NCBI GenBank assembly: GCA_963849325.1
Contig: CAWKHF010000005.1
Span: 672,001 to 736,000 of the forward strand
Source of the DNA: an uncultured Planctomycetota bacterium
GTDB taxonomy: Bacteria > Planctomycetota > Planctomycetia > Gemmatales > Gemmataceae
Direction of reading: 5' to 3'
DNA length: 64,000 nt
Made by a program: the position numbers and the translations under genes. Under the pieces are notes generated by a model. That model was not told the DNA's origin. It saw only the letters and a list, made by a program, of their open reading frames with translations, and made no database searches. Below, in pieces: positions 27,050-38,123 of the stretch. Within the stretch, counting starts at the first letter, position 1; each line of letters begins with the position of its first letter.

Positions 27050-27209
27050 GGCATGTCCTCTGCGAAGGGAGGCGAGCGGAACCTTCTCCCAGGATACTCT
27101 TCGCCCTGGAAACTTGTCAGCGCCTTCCGCGCGACGAAACGCGGCGAGCCGGCACCCCGGGACGAGGCGCCGGCTCGCGGCCAAGGCGACGAGTTTCGTC
27201 GATCCTTGC

Positions 27210-28562
27210 TTACGGCTTGGTATCGGCGCCGCTGCCGGCCAGGCGAGCGACCTTGTAGTCGTAGTCGGCCAGGGCGTGGTAGAGGGCGATGTAGGCGGGT
27301 TCGTCGCCCGGCGTCGCCTCGGCGAACGACAGTCCGTTCTCGCGCATGAACTGCACCAGCTCCGCCACGTTCTTGGCCCGCAGCTTCCATTTGTCGATGT
27401 AGTTGACCGCGTTGGGAGACTTCAACGCGGTCACGGCGTGTTCTACCTGACGCAGATAGCGACTGGCCTCGGTGTACTGGTCCGGCGACATGCTCCCGAC
27501 ATTCTCATCGAGCGCGTTGCGGAGCTTTTTGAGGTCGGCGTCGAGATCGTTGAGGGTGGCCGGGTCGGGGTTTTTGTTGCCGACCCGAACGGCATCGAAG
27601 GCGTTCCGGATGCGGTGGTTGAAGTTCTCGCGCGCATCCTTGAAAGGCTCGCTCTGCAGCGTTTGCGGCCATTGCAGCTTGCCGTTCTCCTTGAGGAGCA
27701 GTCCCAGGTTGCCGCGCGTGTCGCCGGTCGTCAGGCGGATCGACTGGAGCGTGTCCTCGCTCAAAGGCACGTTCTCCCCGCGAACGCCCCGCCCCTGCTG
27801 CTCGATGAGGTAGCCGAGCAACGCGTTGAGGGATTGGCCGGACGTCACCTCGACCAAGGGCGGGCTGTTGCGGGCGCGATCTATGGTGCGACGGATCTGC
27901 TCCTGACGGATCTTCTCGGGGTCGGGCATCTGGGCGCGCTTCCACTGCGCCTCCTCGATCATGGCCCGCCGCGTTCGGATGGACGCCTGCCGCGCTTCCT
28001 GGCGGTAGATCTTGGCCTGCGAGATGGTCAAATAATAGTTGGCTTGGGCAGTGGTCAGGGAGGCTGCCCCGCTCAGGTAGCCCTGGTAGCCGCCGGAGAG
28101 GCCGGCGTAGATACCGGCGGTATTCATGCCACTATAGTACGAGCCAATACCGCCGTAGCCGAGGCCGAGCATGGCGCCGGCCAAGCCGCCGTAGACGCCA
28201 CCACCGCCGTAACCGCTACTGTTCATCAGCGAGCCGTAGCCCATGCCTCGGCCCATGCCGGCGCTGTAGCCCATGCCGGAGCCGTAGCCCATGCCGCGGC
28301 CCAAGCCAGCCCCGTAGCCCAGGCCCGCGCCGGAGCCGTAGCCCACGCCGAAGCCCCTCGCGGCAGCCACCGGATGCGCCAGGGCCGCCAGGTTGGAACC
28401 GAGCACGGCCGCGCCGGCCGCCCGGCTCGCCAGGGGGTTGGCATAGATATTGGGATTCAAGGCCATCGGGTTCACCTGGGCCGAGCTTTCCCGGCTCAAG
28501 GGACCAAGGGCACCCAGGACACCCAGCAACACCGCGACGCCGCTTCGCACAGGAACGTACAT
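27210..28562 (-). CDS. Secreted hypothetical protein with Gly/Tyr-rich low-complexity segment
   Basis: GGAGAGG RBS, signal peptide, repeated GMGYGS-like units, helical C-terminus. Confidence 0.7.
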   Translation of the reverse strand: MYVPVRSGVAVLLGVLGALGPLSRESSAQVNPMALNPNIYANPLASRAAGAAVLGSNLAALAHPVAAARGFGVGYGSGAGLGYGAGLGRGMGYGSGMGYSAGMGRGMGYGSLMNSSGYGGGGVYGGLAGAMLGLGYGGIGSYYSGMNTAGIYAGLSGGYQGYLSGAASLTTAQANYYLTISQAKIYRQEARQASIRTRRAMIEEAQWKRAQMPDPEKIRQEQIRRTIDRARNSPPLVEVTSGQSLNALLGYLIEQQGRGVRGENVPLSEDTLQSIRLTTGDTRGNLGLLLKENGKLQWPQTLQSEPFKDARENFNHRIRNAFDAVRVGNKNPDPATLNDLDADLKKLRNALDENVGSMSPDQYTEASRYLRQVEHAVTALKSPNAVNYIDKWKLRAKNVAELVQFMRENGLSFAEATPGDEPAYIALYHALADYDYKVARLAGSGADTKP

Positions 28563-28696
28563 GGCAACCTCTCCCGAAAAGCCAGTAGTGCAACCGATCC
28601 CGGCTCGGAACAAGCCGCAACGCCTCCATTCGTGGATGTGTCTATCTCTCATCCTATCCCTCGGACGCGCCTCTCGCAAGAAAAAGAGTTCCCGGT

Positions 28697-28757
28697 TTAG
28701 CCGCGACGCGCAGCGGAGCGCGGGACAGACCCGCGCTCCGCTGCGCGTCGCGGCTAA
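28697..28757. repeat. REP/REPIN-like palindrome, family A
   Basis: Same arms as 1836-1891. Confidence 0.85.
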
Positions 28758-28778
28758 CCAAAAAAGGGCGGCTCATTC

Positions 28779-31084
28779 TCAATCGACGTAGAGGAACTCG
28801 TTGCGATTGAATAGCGCCAGGCAAAAATCGGCCATCGCTGTCGCCAAGGCGGGATCGACCCCGGTAGGCGTCTCCGCAGGCACGTCCACCGGCAGACGCA
28901 TCCGTAAGCGATCCCGAAGGCGTTCGCTCTGTTCGCGGAGGAAATCCATCGCCATTCGCTGTTCCTCTTCACCCGGCGGACGCGCCAGGGCCAGATGATA
29001 AGCCCGAACGATGCAGTCTTTCTCGTCGTGGTTGGGTTCCAGCAAAAGCCGTGCCGCGAAGGCCGCCGCCTGCTCGCGCAAGAAAGGACCGTTGAACAAC
29101 AGAAGCGCCTGCGGAGCGAAGGTGCTGACCGGACGCACCGGACACGAACGTCAAGGTGTCCGGTTGATCGAACGCCTCGAACAAGGGCAGGCGGAGGTTG
29201 CGCTTGTTGTACAGGTAGAGACTGCGGCGCGTGTGCTGGTTCGCGTCCGGAGTGATGGGCCAGAGTCCGTCGGGTTCGCCTTCGGTGAAAATCAGCTCGT
29301 AGACTTCCGGTTCCAGCGGCACGCGGACCACCGGGCCGCCGAGCGCCGGATTGAGCGTTCCCGCCACGGTCAGGGCGTTATCGCGCAGCGCTTCGCCCTC
29401 CAGGCGGCGGCGGTTCATGCGGGCGAGCAAACGATTGTCCGGATCGACCGTCCGTCCGCGGGGGTCGCTCCAGCGGTCGGCCTGCTGATAGGTGGCGGAC
29501 AGGACCAGGAGGCGATGCACGTGCTTGAGCGACCAGCCGTGCGACACGAATTCCCCGGCCAACCAGTCGAGCAGCTCGGGGTGACTGGGCGGCGAACCGC
29601 GTAGACCGAAGTCGTTGGGCGTGACGACCAGTCCCCGGCCGAAGTGATGCTGCCACAACCGATTGACGAGGACACGAGCGGTCAGAGGATGGTCCGGCCG
29701 CGTCAGCCAGCGGGCCAGGGCGAGGCGGTCGAGTGCTTTGGGTTCCTTTAAGGGAGAAGGAGGAGAGACATTCTGGAGAATGCGAGGAAAGTCCGAAGCG
29801 ACCGCTTCTCCGGGCTTGTGCGGATCGCCGCGCTTGAGGACGTGGGTCGTCGGCGCGGCGCCGCTGTCGAGGAGGGTCCAGGCCTGGATTGGCGGCGTCG
29901 GCTTTTCGGCTTCCAGAGCGTGCATCCGCTGGCGCAGACGGCTGCGCCGTTCGCGGTCGACCGGAGAGAGGGCGTTCACGATCTCGTCCCACGTCACCTT
30001 GAGAAGGATGTCGGCGTGCGCGGCCAACTGGCGCTGCTGGGGCGTCCGTTTTTTGGGGTCGCAGTCGAGGGCGGCGCGATAGACGGACTCCAGCCGGTCC
30101 CTTTTGGCCTGCGTCAACTGCCGCCGATAGGGGGCTTCCAGCTGCTGCAACTGCTGCCGCAGGGGGGCGATGCGGGCATCGAGGTCGCGGCGGCGGCGAT
30201 CGTACTCCTGACGCTGGGCGGCGGTGGCGAGGTCGACGTCCTTGGGCTGCGCGGCGCTGAAAAAGGCTTGCAGGCGATAATAATCCGTCTGCGAGAAGGG
30301 ATCGAACTTGTGATGATGACAGCGGGCGCAGGCGACGGTCAGACCGAGGAAGGCGGCGCCGACGGCGTTGGTCATCTCGGTGAGCATCTCCTGCCGGCCG
30401 ACGGCCGGATCGACGTTGCCGCTGGTCTGATGGACCGGCCCGCAGCGGTTGAACCCGGCCGCCACCAAGAAATCAAGGTAGGCTTGAGGATGGATGGTTG
30501 ATGAGGGAGAAGACGGTTTGGATTTCTCCCGGAAGAGGAGGTCGCCGGCCAGCTGCTCGGTGACGAAGCGGTCGTAGGGCTTGTCGTCGTTGAAGGCGCG
30601 GACGACGTAATCGCGGTAGCGCCAGGCGTTCGGCCGTTCGGCGTCGGCCTCGTAGCCGTTCGATTCGGCGTAGCGGACCACGTCGAGCCAGTGCTGCGCC
30701 CAGCGTTCGCCGTAATGCGGCGAGGCCAGCAGGCGTTCGACGACGCGAACGTAAGCGTCCGGCCGCGTGTCTTGAAGGAAGTCGTCCAGTTCGCGCGGCG
30801 TGGGCGGCAAGCCAATCAGGTCGAAGGTGATACGGCGGAGCAGGATGGCCCGTCCGGCGCGGCTGGCCGGCCGCAGCCCCTCCCGATCCAGGCGGGCGAG
30901 AATGAACGCATCCACCGGAGTTCGGATCCAGCTTGGATCGCGGGTCCGGGGCGGGGCGGGATGCGAGGGCGACGTGGAAGGCCCAGTGCGACCGCTGGCG
31001 GGCCGAGAAGGCGGGCTCGACCGTCTCCGCCGCCGGCAGCGGGGCCGCGAGTAGGAGCACCAGAAGGGTCAGAACAGCACGCAT
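28779..31084 (-). CDS. DUF1549/DUF1553 planctomycete protein (frameshifts near 30960 and 29150)
   Basis: YGERWAQHWLDVVRYAES, CARCHHHKFDP, VNRLWQHHFGRG, PSHPELLDWLA, LFNRNEFLYVD. Confidence 0.9.
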
Positions 31085-31505
31085 GACGGATCTCGAAGGC
31101 GGGCAGCGGGGCGGCGATGGTAATTTTTGTGCACTATTTTGTGCGCCCGCGGCAACTCGGAGGGCTTGTTCTGCGTAGAATACATCATAGGAGCATCGAC
31201 CGCAACCAGTTCGCATTCCCACCCGGCGCTTTTGCGAGCAGCCGTCGCCGCGGTCGTGGACGAGGCGAAGAAATCGGCGCCTCCCTCTTGGTGGGGTGGC
31301 ATGGATTCATAACATAGTAGGATTGTTTTCCTCGCCTGGGGCGCACCCCCTCCCCCTGGCCGCATGGTCGGAATGGATTTGAGGCGGGTGTGGAATGCAA
31401 TCTGCTCTTTAGTGCCGTCGGGTGCCCCTGGAGGGACCGGCGGCAACCGTATTTTCCCTCCCTGCTCCTCGGCGAGGAACGGGATGGCATAGACAGGACA
31501 GAGCC

Positions 31506-33113
31506 ATGGTCATGAAACGAACAACCAGGCGGACGGGCAAAGGCACGGCTTCCGATCCCACGCGGACCTTGCCCGAGATGCTTCCGACCTCTCCGGAAGC
31601 GGCCCAGACGCCGCGGCGCGAGACGCCGTGGAGCGATGTGCCAGACGATGCCTTCGCGTCGGACGATTCGGACGAGGCGGAGGAGACGGCCGCGGAGGAA
31701 CCGAACGCCGCCCCGGCCGAGGCAGCGGAAGAGGAGGACACGCACGCCCCGGACGACGCTTTGGGTCTATATCTGCGTCAGATGGGGGCGATCCCGCTGC
31801 TGAGCCGCGAGCAGGAACTGGCCCTGGCGGAACGGCTGGAGCGCAAGCGCCGCCGCTATCGCCACGCCGCCATGATGAACTGGCGCACGCTGGCCGCCAT
31901 CGTGGACACCTTCGAGCGCGTCCGCGCCGGTCAGTTGGCCCTTGATCCGACCATCGATGTCGTGACGACGCTGGGACTCAGCCGCGACAATATCCTGCAA
32001 CGGATGCCGCACAACCTGAAAACGCTGCACAAGCTCATCGAGGCGGCCGACGCCGACTTCCGCCATTTGCGCGCCGGTTCGTCCTCCAGCCAGGTTCGCA
32101 TTCGCCGCGACCTGGTACGCCGCCTGCGCAAGGCCGTGCGCCTCGCCGAGGAACTGTCGCCGCGCATCGACTTGCTCGATCGCTGGGTCGATGAGTTGCG
32201 CGGGCTGTCGCGGCAGATGGCCCAGCTGGAGCATCAGAAGGACGCCGGCGACCGCTCGTCGGCCGACCGCGAACGTCGTACCAAGGCGTCCAAGCAGCTG
32301 CGCGACCTCACCCTGGAGGTGCGATCCTCTTCGGAGGATCTGGCGCAGCTGGTGCGCGTCCTGGAACATCGCCGCATCGAGTATCAGAAGGCCCGGCGCG
32401 AGCTGGCCGAGGGCAACCTCCGCCTGGTGGTGTCGATCGCCAAGCGCTACCGCAGTCGCGGCCTGCCGTTCTCCGATCTCATTCAGGAAGGCAACCGCGG
32501 TCTGATGCGGGCCGTGGACAAGTACGAGCATCGTCTGGGTTACAAGTTCGGCACCTACGCGACATGGTGGATCCGTCAGGGCATCACCCGCGCCCTGGCC
32601 GACCACGCCCGCACCATCCGCGTGCCGTGCCATCAGGTCGGCACGCTGGCCGCGGTCGAACGAGTGCGTGGCGAACTGTCGATTGCCCAGGGCCGCGAGC
32701 CGACGGTCGAAGAGATCGCTGCCGTGCTCGGCGTGACGGCCGAGGAGACGCAATCGCTGCGCATGGTCGCGCGCCATCCGGTCAGCTTGCACGAGCCGCT
32801 CGGCGGCGATGGCGAACGCGCCCTGGAAGATTTTCTCGACGACCCCGACGCCGCCAACCCCGGCCAGCAGGTCGATCAACACCTGCTGCGCGAGCGCATC
32901 GCCGAAGTGCTGCGTTCGCTGACGCCGCGCGAGCGCGAGGTGATCGAGTTGCGTTTCGGTCTGCGCGACGGCCAACCGCGGACGCTGGAGGAAGTGGCGC
33001 GAGCCTACGGCATCACGCGCGAGCGCATCCGCCAGATCGAGGCGCACGGCCTTCTCAAGCTACGGCAGCCGCTGCGCAGCCAGCGGCTGGCGGAGTTCGC
33101 CGAAGCGGAATAA
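31506..33113 (+). CDS. RNA polymerase sigma-70 factor, RpoD/SigA-like
   Basis: Region 1.2 [11 protein letters not shown], region 2 [27 protein letters not shown], region 4 TRERIRQIE. Confidence 0.92.
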   Translation: MVMKRTTRRTGKGTASDPTRTLPEMLPTSPEAAQTPRRETPWSDVPDDAFASDDSDEAEETAAEEPNAAPAEAAEEEDTHAPDDALGLYLRQMGAIPLLSREQELALAERLERKRRRYRHAAMMNWRTLAAIVDTFERVRAGQLALDPTIDVVTTLGLSRDNILQRMPHNLKTLHKLIEAADADFRHLRAGSSSSQVRIRRDLVRRLRKAVRLAEELSPRIDLLDRWVDELRGLSRQMAQLEHQKDAGDRSSADRERRTKASKQLRDLTLEVRSSSEDLAQLVRVLEHRRIEYQKARRELAEGNLRLVVSIAKRYRSRGLPFSDLIQEGNRGLMRAVDKYEHRLGYKFGTYATWWIRQGITRALADHARTIRVPCHQVGTLAAVERVRGELSIAQGREPTVEEIAAVLGVTAEETQSLRMVARHPVSLHEPLGGDGERALEDFLDDPDAANPGQQVDQHLLRERIAEVLRSLTPREREVIELRFGLRDGQPRTLEEVARAYGITRERIRQIEAHGLLKLRQPLRSQRLAEFAEAE

Positions 33114-33496
33114 CCTCTCGGCGCGCGCTGGCATCATCTCTCACATATCAATGAAGAGGGGTCTTGTTGCCAGATGGACAGCCCGAGCCGCCGGAGGGTT
33201 TTCGGGCTACGCCGCGCTCTAACCAGGATCGATGCTCCAGGTTAGAGCGCGCTTTAACCCGGGCGGTTTTCGTTGGACAATCGGCGAAACGTCCTGTACC
33301 GTGAGGCTGTTGCATCGCCGAGCGGATCCAGTCACTCCGAATTAGAGCGCACGGCGCACTCTAACCCCGGAAATACGGCGCGCCCGAAACAGTAGTTCGG
33401 CGATAAGTAGCTTGGCACCTGTCCTGTTAGCGTGAGCGCACCGCAACCAGATGGCGTGCGGCAATCGGCGGTGGCGTCAGCTTGAGAGGTGTTCCA

Positions 33497-33877
33497 ATGA
33501 ATGCGTTGCGGATCGTTGCTGCGGCCGCCCTGGCTGCCGGGCTGGTGGGCTTCCTACGGGCCGAGGGACAGAAGGCCGATAACAAGACGCTCATCGTCGG
33601 CTTCTGGGAATTGACGAAAGCCGACAAGGGCGGACCCCCGCTCGGAACGATCATGGAGTTCACGAAGGACGGCAAGGTCAAAATGACCGGCAAGGCCAAC
33701 GGCAAGGATTTCGTCGCCAACGGCACCTATGTCGTCGAGGGCAACAAGTTCACGGGGATTCTGAAGACCCCCGACCGTGAAGAAAAGGGCACGGTGACGA
33801 TCAAGAAACTCACCGACCAGGAGTTCGTCACAGAAGACGATGTCGGCCGAGTCCTCGAATTCAAACGGAAGAAATGA
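33497..33877 (+). CDS. Secreted protein resembling the Gemmata paralogous family TIGR03066
   Basis: Signal peptide; IVGFWE...MEFTKDGKV...GTYVVEGNK...TIKKLTD. Confidence 0.7.
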   Translation: MNALRIVAAAALAAGLVGFLRAEGQKADNKTLIVGFWELTKADKGGPPLGTIMEFTKDGKVKMTGKANGKDFVANGTYVVEGNKFTGILKTPDREEKGTVTIKKLTDQEFVTEDDVGRVLEFKRKK

Positions 33878-33892
33878 CGACAACAGGAGGAG

Positions 33893-33943
33893 AAAAGGCA
33901 CCAGGAACCTTTTTGAATCCGAAAAGGTTCCTGGCACTATTTC
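33893..33943. repeat. Palindromic element (CCAGGAACCTTTT...AAAAGGTTCCTGG)
   Basis: 13-bp perfect core arms flanked by A/T tracts. Confidence 0.65.
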
Positions 33944-33992
33944 CTGACCCCGAGCGCGGGACGCGGTTCCAGCTCTACTGCTCGTGCTAACG

Positions 33993-34088
33993 GCCGAATC
34001 AGCCGCTGCACCTGACCGGGGCCGCATGACGGCGTCCCGAGGCATCACGGCTATCGAGCGGCCCCGGCCGGTGAGCGTGTCGTTCGGC
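33993..34088 (+). other. attC-like integron cassette recombination site
   Basis: R'' GCCGAAT, L'' GCTGCACC, L' GGTGAGC, R' GTTCGGC; 96 bp imperfect palindrome. Confidence 0.7.
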
Positions 34089-34141
34089 GAAGGGGGAAAC
34101 TACTACACTAGTCTGTAATTATCCTCCTTGAGGGTATCATC

Positions 34142-34372
34142 ATGCGGGAGCGGATTACCGTTCAACCGCACGTCCACTTTGGCAAGCCCTGTGTTGCCGG
34201 CACCCGAATCACGGTGCAGAGCGTACTGGAACTCGTCCGCGAGAGGGTTCCCGCAGCGGACATATGTCGAGACTACTACCCAGACCTGTCAGCCGATGAT
34301 ATCCGGGCGTGCGTCCAGTATGCCATCGACCTGATTGCGCTGGAGGACATCCGCCTGGCGGAGGCGGTATGA
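34142..34372 (+). CDS. DUF433 antitoxin-like protein
   Basis: P.VHFGKPCVAGTRITV...YPDLS.DDIRAC..YA. Confidence 0.88.
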   Translation: MRERITVQPHVHFGKPCVAGTRITVQSVLELVRERVPAADICRDYYPDLSADDIRACVQYAIDLIALEDIRLAEAV

Positions 34373-34410
34373 GGTTTCTGACGGATCAGGATGTATACGC
34401 CGCGACGGAG
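34369..34410 (+). pseudogene. 5' remnant of DUF5615 PIN-like toxin
   Basis: ATGA-coupled to DUF433; MRFLTDQDVYAAT then similarity is lost. Confidence 0.6.
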
Positions 34411-34483
34411 ACACGATGTTGTCCGTCCGGTGGCTTCGGGGGACGATCCAGAAAGAGGATGTCCCGGCTCCCGGAGGAATGGA

Positions 34484-34720
34484 ATGGACCGAGACACTTT
34501 TGACAGCACGATCCGCACTTTCAAGCATCGGACGCCGTTCCGACCATTCACCGTCTCGCTGGTGAATGGCGAACGCCTGGAAGTGGACCATCCGGATGCC
34601 TTGGCAGTGCGAGATGGCGTGGCTCTGTTCGTCGGGCCGGGAGGCGTGCCTGCGGTTTTCGATCATGAGAGGGTTGCTCAGGTAATTGGGGATCTGGTCA
34701 GACCTCCGTCTACAGAATAG
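34484..34720 (+). CDS. Small hypothetical protein, same family as 22063..22307
   Basis: GGAGG RBS; TPFRPFTVSLVNGERLEVDHPDAL. Confidence 0.65.
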   Translation: MDRDTFDSTIRTFKHRTPFRPFTVSLVNGERLEVDHPDALAVRDGVALFVGPGGVPAVFDHERVAQVIGDLVRPPSTE

Positions 34721-34854
34721 CACGACCGCCCTTCGGCTCGAAGTAAGGCGGCTTCTCGCCGAACCCGTCGCTGCCGCAGACCGGGCGGCCATGCCGGCTT
34801 TTCAAGGCGCGCCGTCTCTCCAGGCCGCCTGGCTGTTGAGTTAGGTCGTTCTTT

Positions 34855-34917
34855 GCCGAGCCACGACCGTCAGGGAGCGGAGGGAAGGACAAGCTCCCCT
34901 GACGTTCGCGGCTCGGC
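34855..34917. repeat. REP-like palindrome, family B
   Basis: GCCGAGCCACGACCGTCAGGG...CCCTGACGTTCGCGGCTCGGC. Confidence 0.7.
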
Positions 34918-34926
34918 TTGGTTTAC

Positions 34927-36375
34927 CTACCGGATCGGAAGCACGGTGATCGTTGGTTTGCCCTGGCCGAAACCCGCGAGCATCAGAATCGTCTGTCCTT
35001 CCTCCGCCAACTTCAACTCGCGCGCGCGCCGTCGGGCCACCTCCTCGGGTTGATCGAACTCGGCCCGGTCGATCAACTGCGGAATGACACCCCACAGTAG
35101 GTTCATGCGCCGGTACACGCGCGGGTCCATCGTCAGGGCGATGGTCGGCGCCGCCGGCCGCGTGGCGGCGACGACCTCGGCCGATAATCCCTTGACGGTG
35201 CGCACCACCACGGCGCGTACCTGCAAATCGCGCGACAGCTGGGCCGTCGAACGCGCCACCGCCGTCCGCAGCGGCAACGGCGGCGGCAGCTCGCGCTCAC
35301 CCTCGGTGATCGAGCGGAAGCCGCCCTCGATCCACTGCCAACCCTCGACCTGTCGGGCCACGCGGTCCATCATCTCGACGGCCTTGACCGGGTACGCTCC
35401 GGACGCCGTCTCCGCCGACAGCATGACGGCGTCGGCGCCGGCGAAAACGGCGTGAGACACGTCCGACACCTCGGCGCGCGTCGGCCGCGGATGTTCGACC
35501 ATCGATTCCAGCATCTGCGTGGCCACGATGATCGGCTTGTTGCGCTGGCGGGCGCGTTGCACCAGGTCGTGCTGGATGATCGGCACCGCCTCCGGGGCCA
35601 GCTCGACGCCGAGGTCGCCGCGCGCCACCATGATTCCGTCGGCCACCTCCAGGATCTCGTCCAGGGCGTCCAGCGCCTCCGGCTTCTCGATCTTGGCGAT
35701 GACCGGCGTCGTCGCTCCCGTGGCGGCGATCAGCTCCTTGAGATCGGCGACGTCGCGCGGATGGCGCACGAACGACAGGGCGAGGAAATCGACGCCGAGA
35801 TCGAGGGCGAACCGCGCGTCTTCGCGGTCCTTGTCGGTCAGGGCCGGCGAGGACACGAACACGCCGGGCAGGTTCATGCCCTTGCGGTCCTTGAGGACGC
35901 CGCCGAACGTCACGGTACACGTGACTTCGCTGCCGGCCGCCGCCTCGACGTGCAGCTCGAGCATCCCGTCGTCGAGCAGAATGCGATCGCCGGGCCGCAC
36001 GTCGTCGGCCAGGGCGGCGTACTGCGAGGGAATCAGGCCCGGCCCACCGAGGACGTTGCGCGTCGTCACCGTCACCGGCCGGCCGGCTTCGAGCGTGATC
36101 TGTCCGCCGGCGAAACGGCCGACGCGGATCTTCGGCCCGCACAGGTCGGCGAGGACGGCGATCGGCTCGCCCCGCGCCTCGGCCGCCGAGCGGACACGGG
36201 CGAAGTTGGCGCGATGCCCGTCATGATCGCCGTGCGACAGGTTGAGGCGAAAGACGTTGACGCCGGCGCCGAGCAGGGCGTCGAGCACGGCCGGCTCGCG
36301 CGACGCCGGCCCGACGGTGGCGACGATCTTGGTACGGCGGCGGCGCAGCAACAGGGGAGAAGGAGGGGTGCTCAT
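34927..36375 (-). CDS. pyk: Pyruvate kinase
   Basis: RRTKIVATVGPAS, RLNLSHG, IAKIEKPEA, MVARGDLGVE, ATQMLESM, MLSAETASG. Confidence 0.96.
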   Translation of the reverse strand: MSTPPSPLLLRRRRTKIVATVGPASREPAVLDALLGAGVNVFRLNLSHGDHDGHRANFARVRSAAEARGEPIAVLADLCGPKIRVGRFAGGQITLEAGRPVTVTTRNVLGGPGLIPSQYAALADDVRPGDRILLDDGMLELHVEAAAGSEVTCTVTFGGVLKDRKGMNLPGVFVSSPALTDKDREDARFALDLGVDFLALSFVRHPRDVADLKELIAATGATTPVIAKIEKPEALDALDEILEVADGIMVARGDLGVELAPEAVPIIQHDLVQRARQRNKPIIVATQMLESMVEHPRPTRAEVSDVSHAVFAGADAVMLSAETASGAYPVKAVEMMDRVARQVEGWQWIEGGFRSITEGERELPPPLPLRTAVARSTAQLSRDLQVRAVVVRTVKGLSAEVVAATRPAAPTIALTMDPRVYRRMNLLWGVIPQLIDRAEFDQPEEVARRRARELKLAEEGQTILMLAGFGQGKPTITVLPIR

Positions 36376-36515
36376 GGGATCATCGGGCGAGAGGTTGCGG
36401 GCGTCCGAGCGAGCGTGGAGAGGCTGACGAAGCTTAACGAACGCGGCGGACTTCGACAAGGCCGCCGTCCGAGAGGCATCTCGAAAATTGGTGGATTCTT
36501 TGTACACAAAAGAGG

Positions 36516-36633
36516 AAAGAGCCTCACGCAAAGGCGCAAAGGACGCAAAGGAAAAAAAAGAAGAAGAGGCAAGCGACTCGCGTCTATTGTTTGTCTTCCT
36601 TTGCGTTCTTTGCGCCTTTGCGTGAGGCTCTTT
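36516..36633. repeat. Inverted repeat of tandem CGCAAAGG units
   Basis: 38-bp near-perfect arms between divergent genes. Confidence 0.85.
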
Positions 36634-36692
36634 GGGTTAGAAGCTCTTAGTCGCGGATACTTCGGACTAGTCGATTGGAAACGGAGGCTCCG

Positions 36693-38123
36693 ATGCGATA
36701 CGCGCTGACTCTTCCGCGAATGGGTGTCGCCCTATTCGCCGTGCTGCTCTCGGGGACGGTGCCCACTTTTCTTCGGGCGGCGGACTTGCAGGCGGGCGTC
36801 GCCGTGGTGGACATCACGCCGCCCAAAGGCTACCGCATGAGCGGCTACTTCCGCGAACGACTCAACACCGGCACCCACGACCCGCTCTGGGCCAAGGCGC
36901 TCGTCTTCCGCCAGGGCGACGAACAGGCGGCGCTGGTGTTCTGCGACCTCATCGGTATTGCCCGCGACGTGTCCGGCCGCGCCCGTGAGCTGGCGGCGAA
37001 AAAGACCGGCATCCCCGCGGCGAACATCGTCATCGCGGCGACGCACTCGCACACGGGGCCGCTGTACATGGGGGCGCTGCGCAACTATTTCCACGACCGG
37101 GCCGTCACGGCCAACGGCGCCGACCCGCACGAGAAGATCGATTACCCGGCCGTCCTCGTCGAGAAGCTGGCCGAGGCGATCCAGCGCGCGCGGAAAGCCG
37201 TCCGACCCGTCACCCTCTCCGCCGGCGTCGCTCGACAGGCGGGACTGTCGTTCAACCGTCGCTTTCACATGAAGGACGGCAGCGTGCAATTCAATCCCGG
37301 CAAGCTCAATCCCAACATCGTGCGGCCGGCCGGTCCCGTCGATCCGGACGTGGGGCTGCTGCGCCTTGCCGACGGCGAGAAAAACCTGGCGATCCTGACC
37401 GTGTTCGCCCTGCATCTGGATACGGTCGGCGGCACGGAATACTCGGCGGATTACCCCTTCCACCTGGAACGCCAGCTCCGTCCGGTGCTCGGCCCGGAGG
37501 GCGTTTCGCTGTTCGGCGCCGGGACGTGCGGCGACATCAACCATATCGATGTATCCAAAAGAGATCCGCAAAAGGGACAACTTGAAGCCGCCCGGCTCGG
37601 TACGACGCTGGGCGAGACCGTGCGGGCGGCGCTGCCCAAGCTGCGGCCGGTGCGCTCGCCAAGCCTCGCCGTCCGCCGAACCATCGTGGAGGCGCCGCTC
37701 CAGAAGTACGATGCCGAAGCGATCGCGCAGGCGAAGAAGGACATGGCGAAGATCGGCACGCGCGATCTGCCGTTTCTGAAGCAGGTCGAGGCGTACAAGA
37801 TCGTCTCGCTCCAGCTCTTGCCGGGTGAGACGCTGCCGATGGAAGTACAGGTGTTCCGCCTGAGCGACGACGTGGCCCTTGTGGGATTGCCGGGCGAAAT
37901 CTTCGTCGAGCTGGGCCTGGCGATCAAGAAGGCGTCGCCGTTCCCGGTGACGCTGGTGGTCGAGCTGTGCAACGACGCGCCCGGCTACGTGCCGACCTTG
38001 AAGGCGTTCAAGGAGGGCAGTTACGAGACGGTCAATTCCCGCGTTCGGCCGGGCGGCGGCGAGGAACTCGTGGAAGCCGCCACGCGCTTGCTCAAGCAGT
38101 TGGGGGCTTCGCGCCGCCGGTGA
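36693..38123 (+). CDS. Neutral/alkaline ceramidase-like secreted hydrolase
   Basis: AGVAVVDITPP, HDPLWAKAL, ATHSHTGP, SADYP, GTCGDINH, PGEIFVE. Confidence 0.78.
   Translation: MRYALTLPRMGVALFAVLLSGTVPTFLRAADLQAGVAVVDITPPKGYRMSGYFRERLNTGTHDPLWAKALVFRQGDEQAALVFCDLIGIARDVSGRARELAAKKTGIPAANIVIAATHSHTGPLYMGALRNYFHDRAVTANGADPHEKIDYPAVLVEKLAEAIQRARKAVRPVTLSAGVARQAGLSFNRRFHMKDGSVQFNPGKLNPNIVRPAGPVDPDVGLLRLADGEKNLAILTVFALHLDTVGGTEYSADYPFHLERQLRPVLGPEGVSLFGAGTCGDINHIDVSKRDPQKGQLEAARLGTTLGETVRAALPKLRPVRSPSLAVRRTIVEAPLQKYDAEAIAQAKKDMAKIGTRDLPFLKQVEAYKIVSLQLLPGETLPMEVQVFRLSDDVALVGLPGEIFVELGLAIKKASPFPVTLVVELCNDAPGYVPTLKAFKEGSYETVNSRVRPGGGEELVEAATRLLKQLGASRRR

Noticed and set aside
26145-28700. 851-aa ORF and similar long antisense ORFs (e.g. 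12474..14468, 47769..49397, 55828..57645)
   Set aside because: Shadow ORFs opposite well-supported genes, expected in high-GC DNA.
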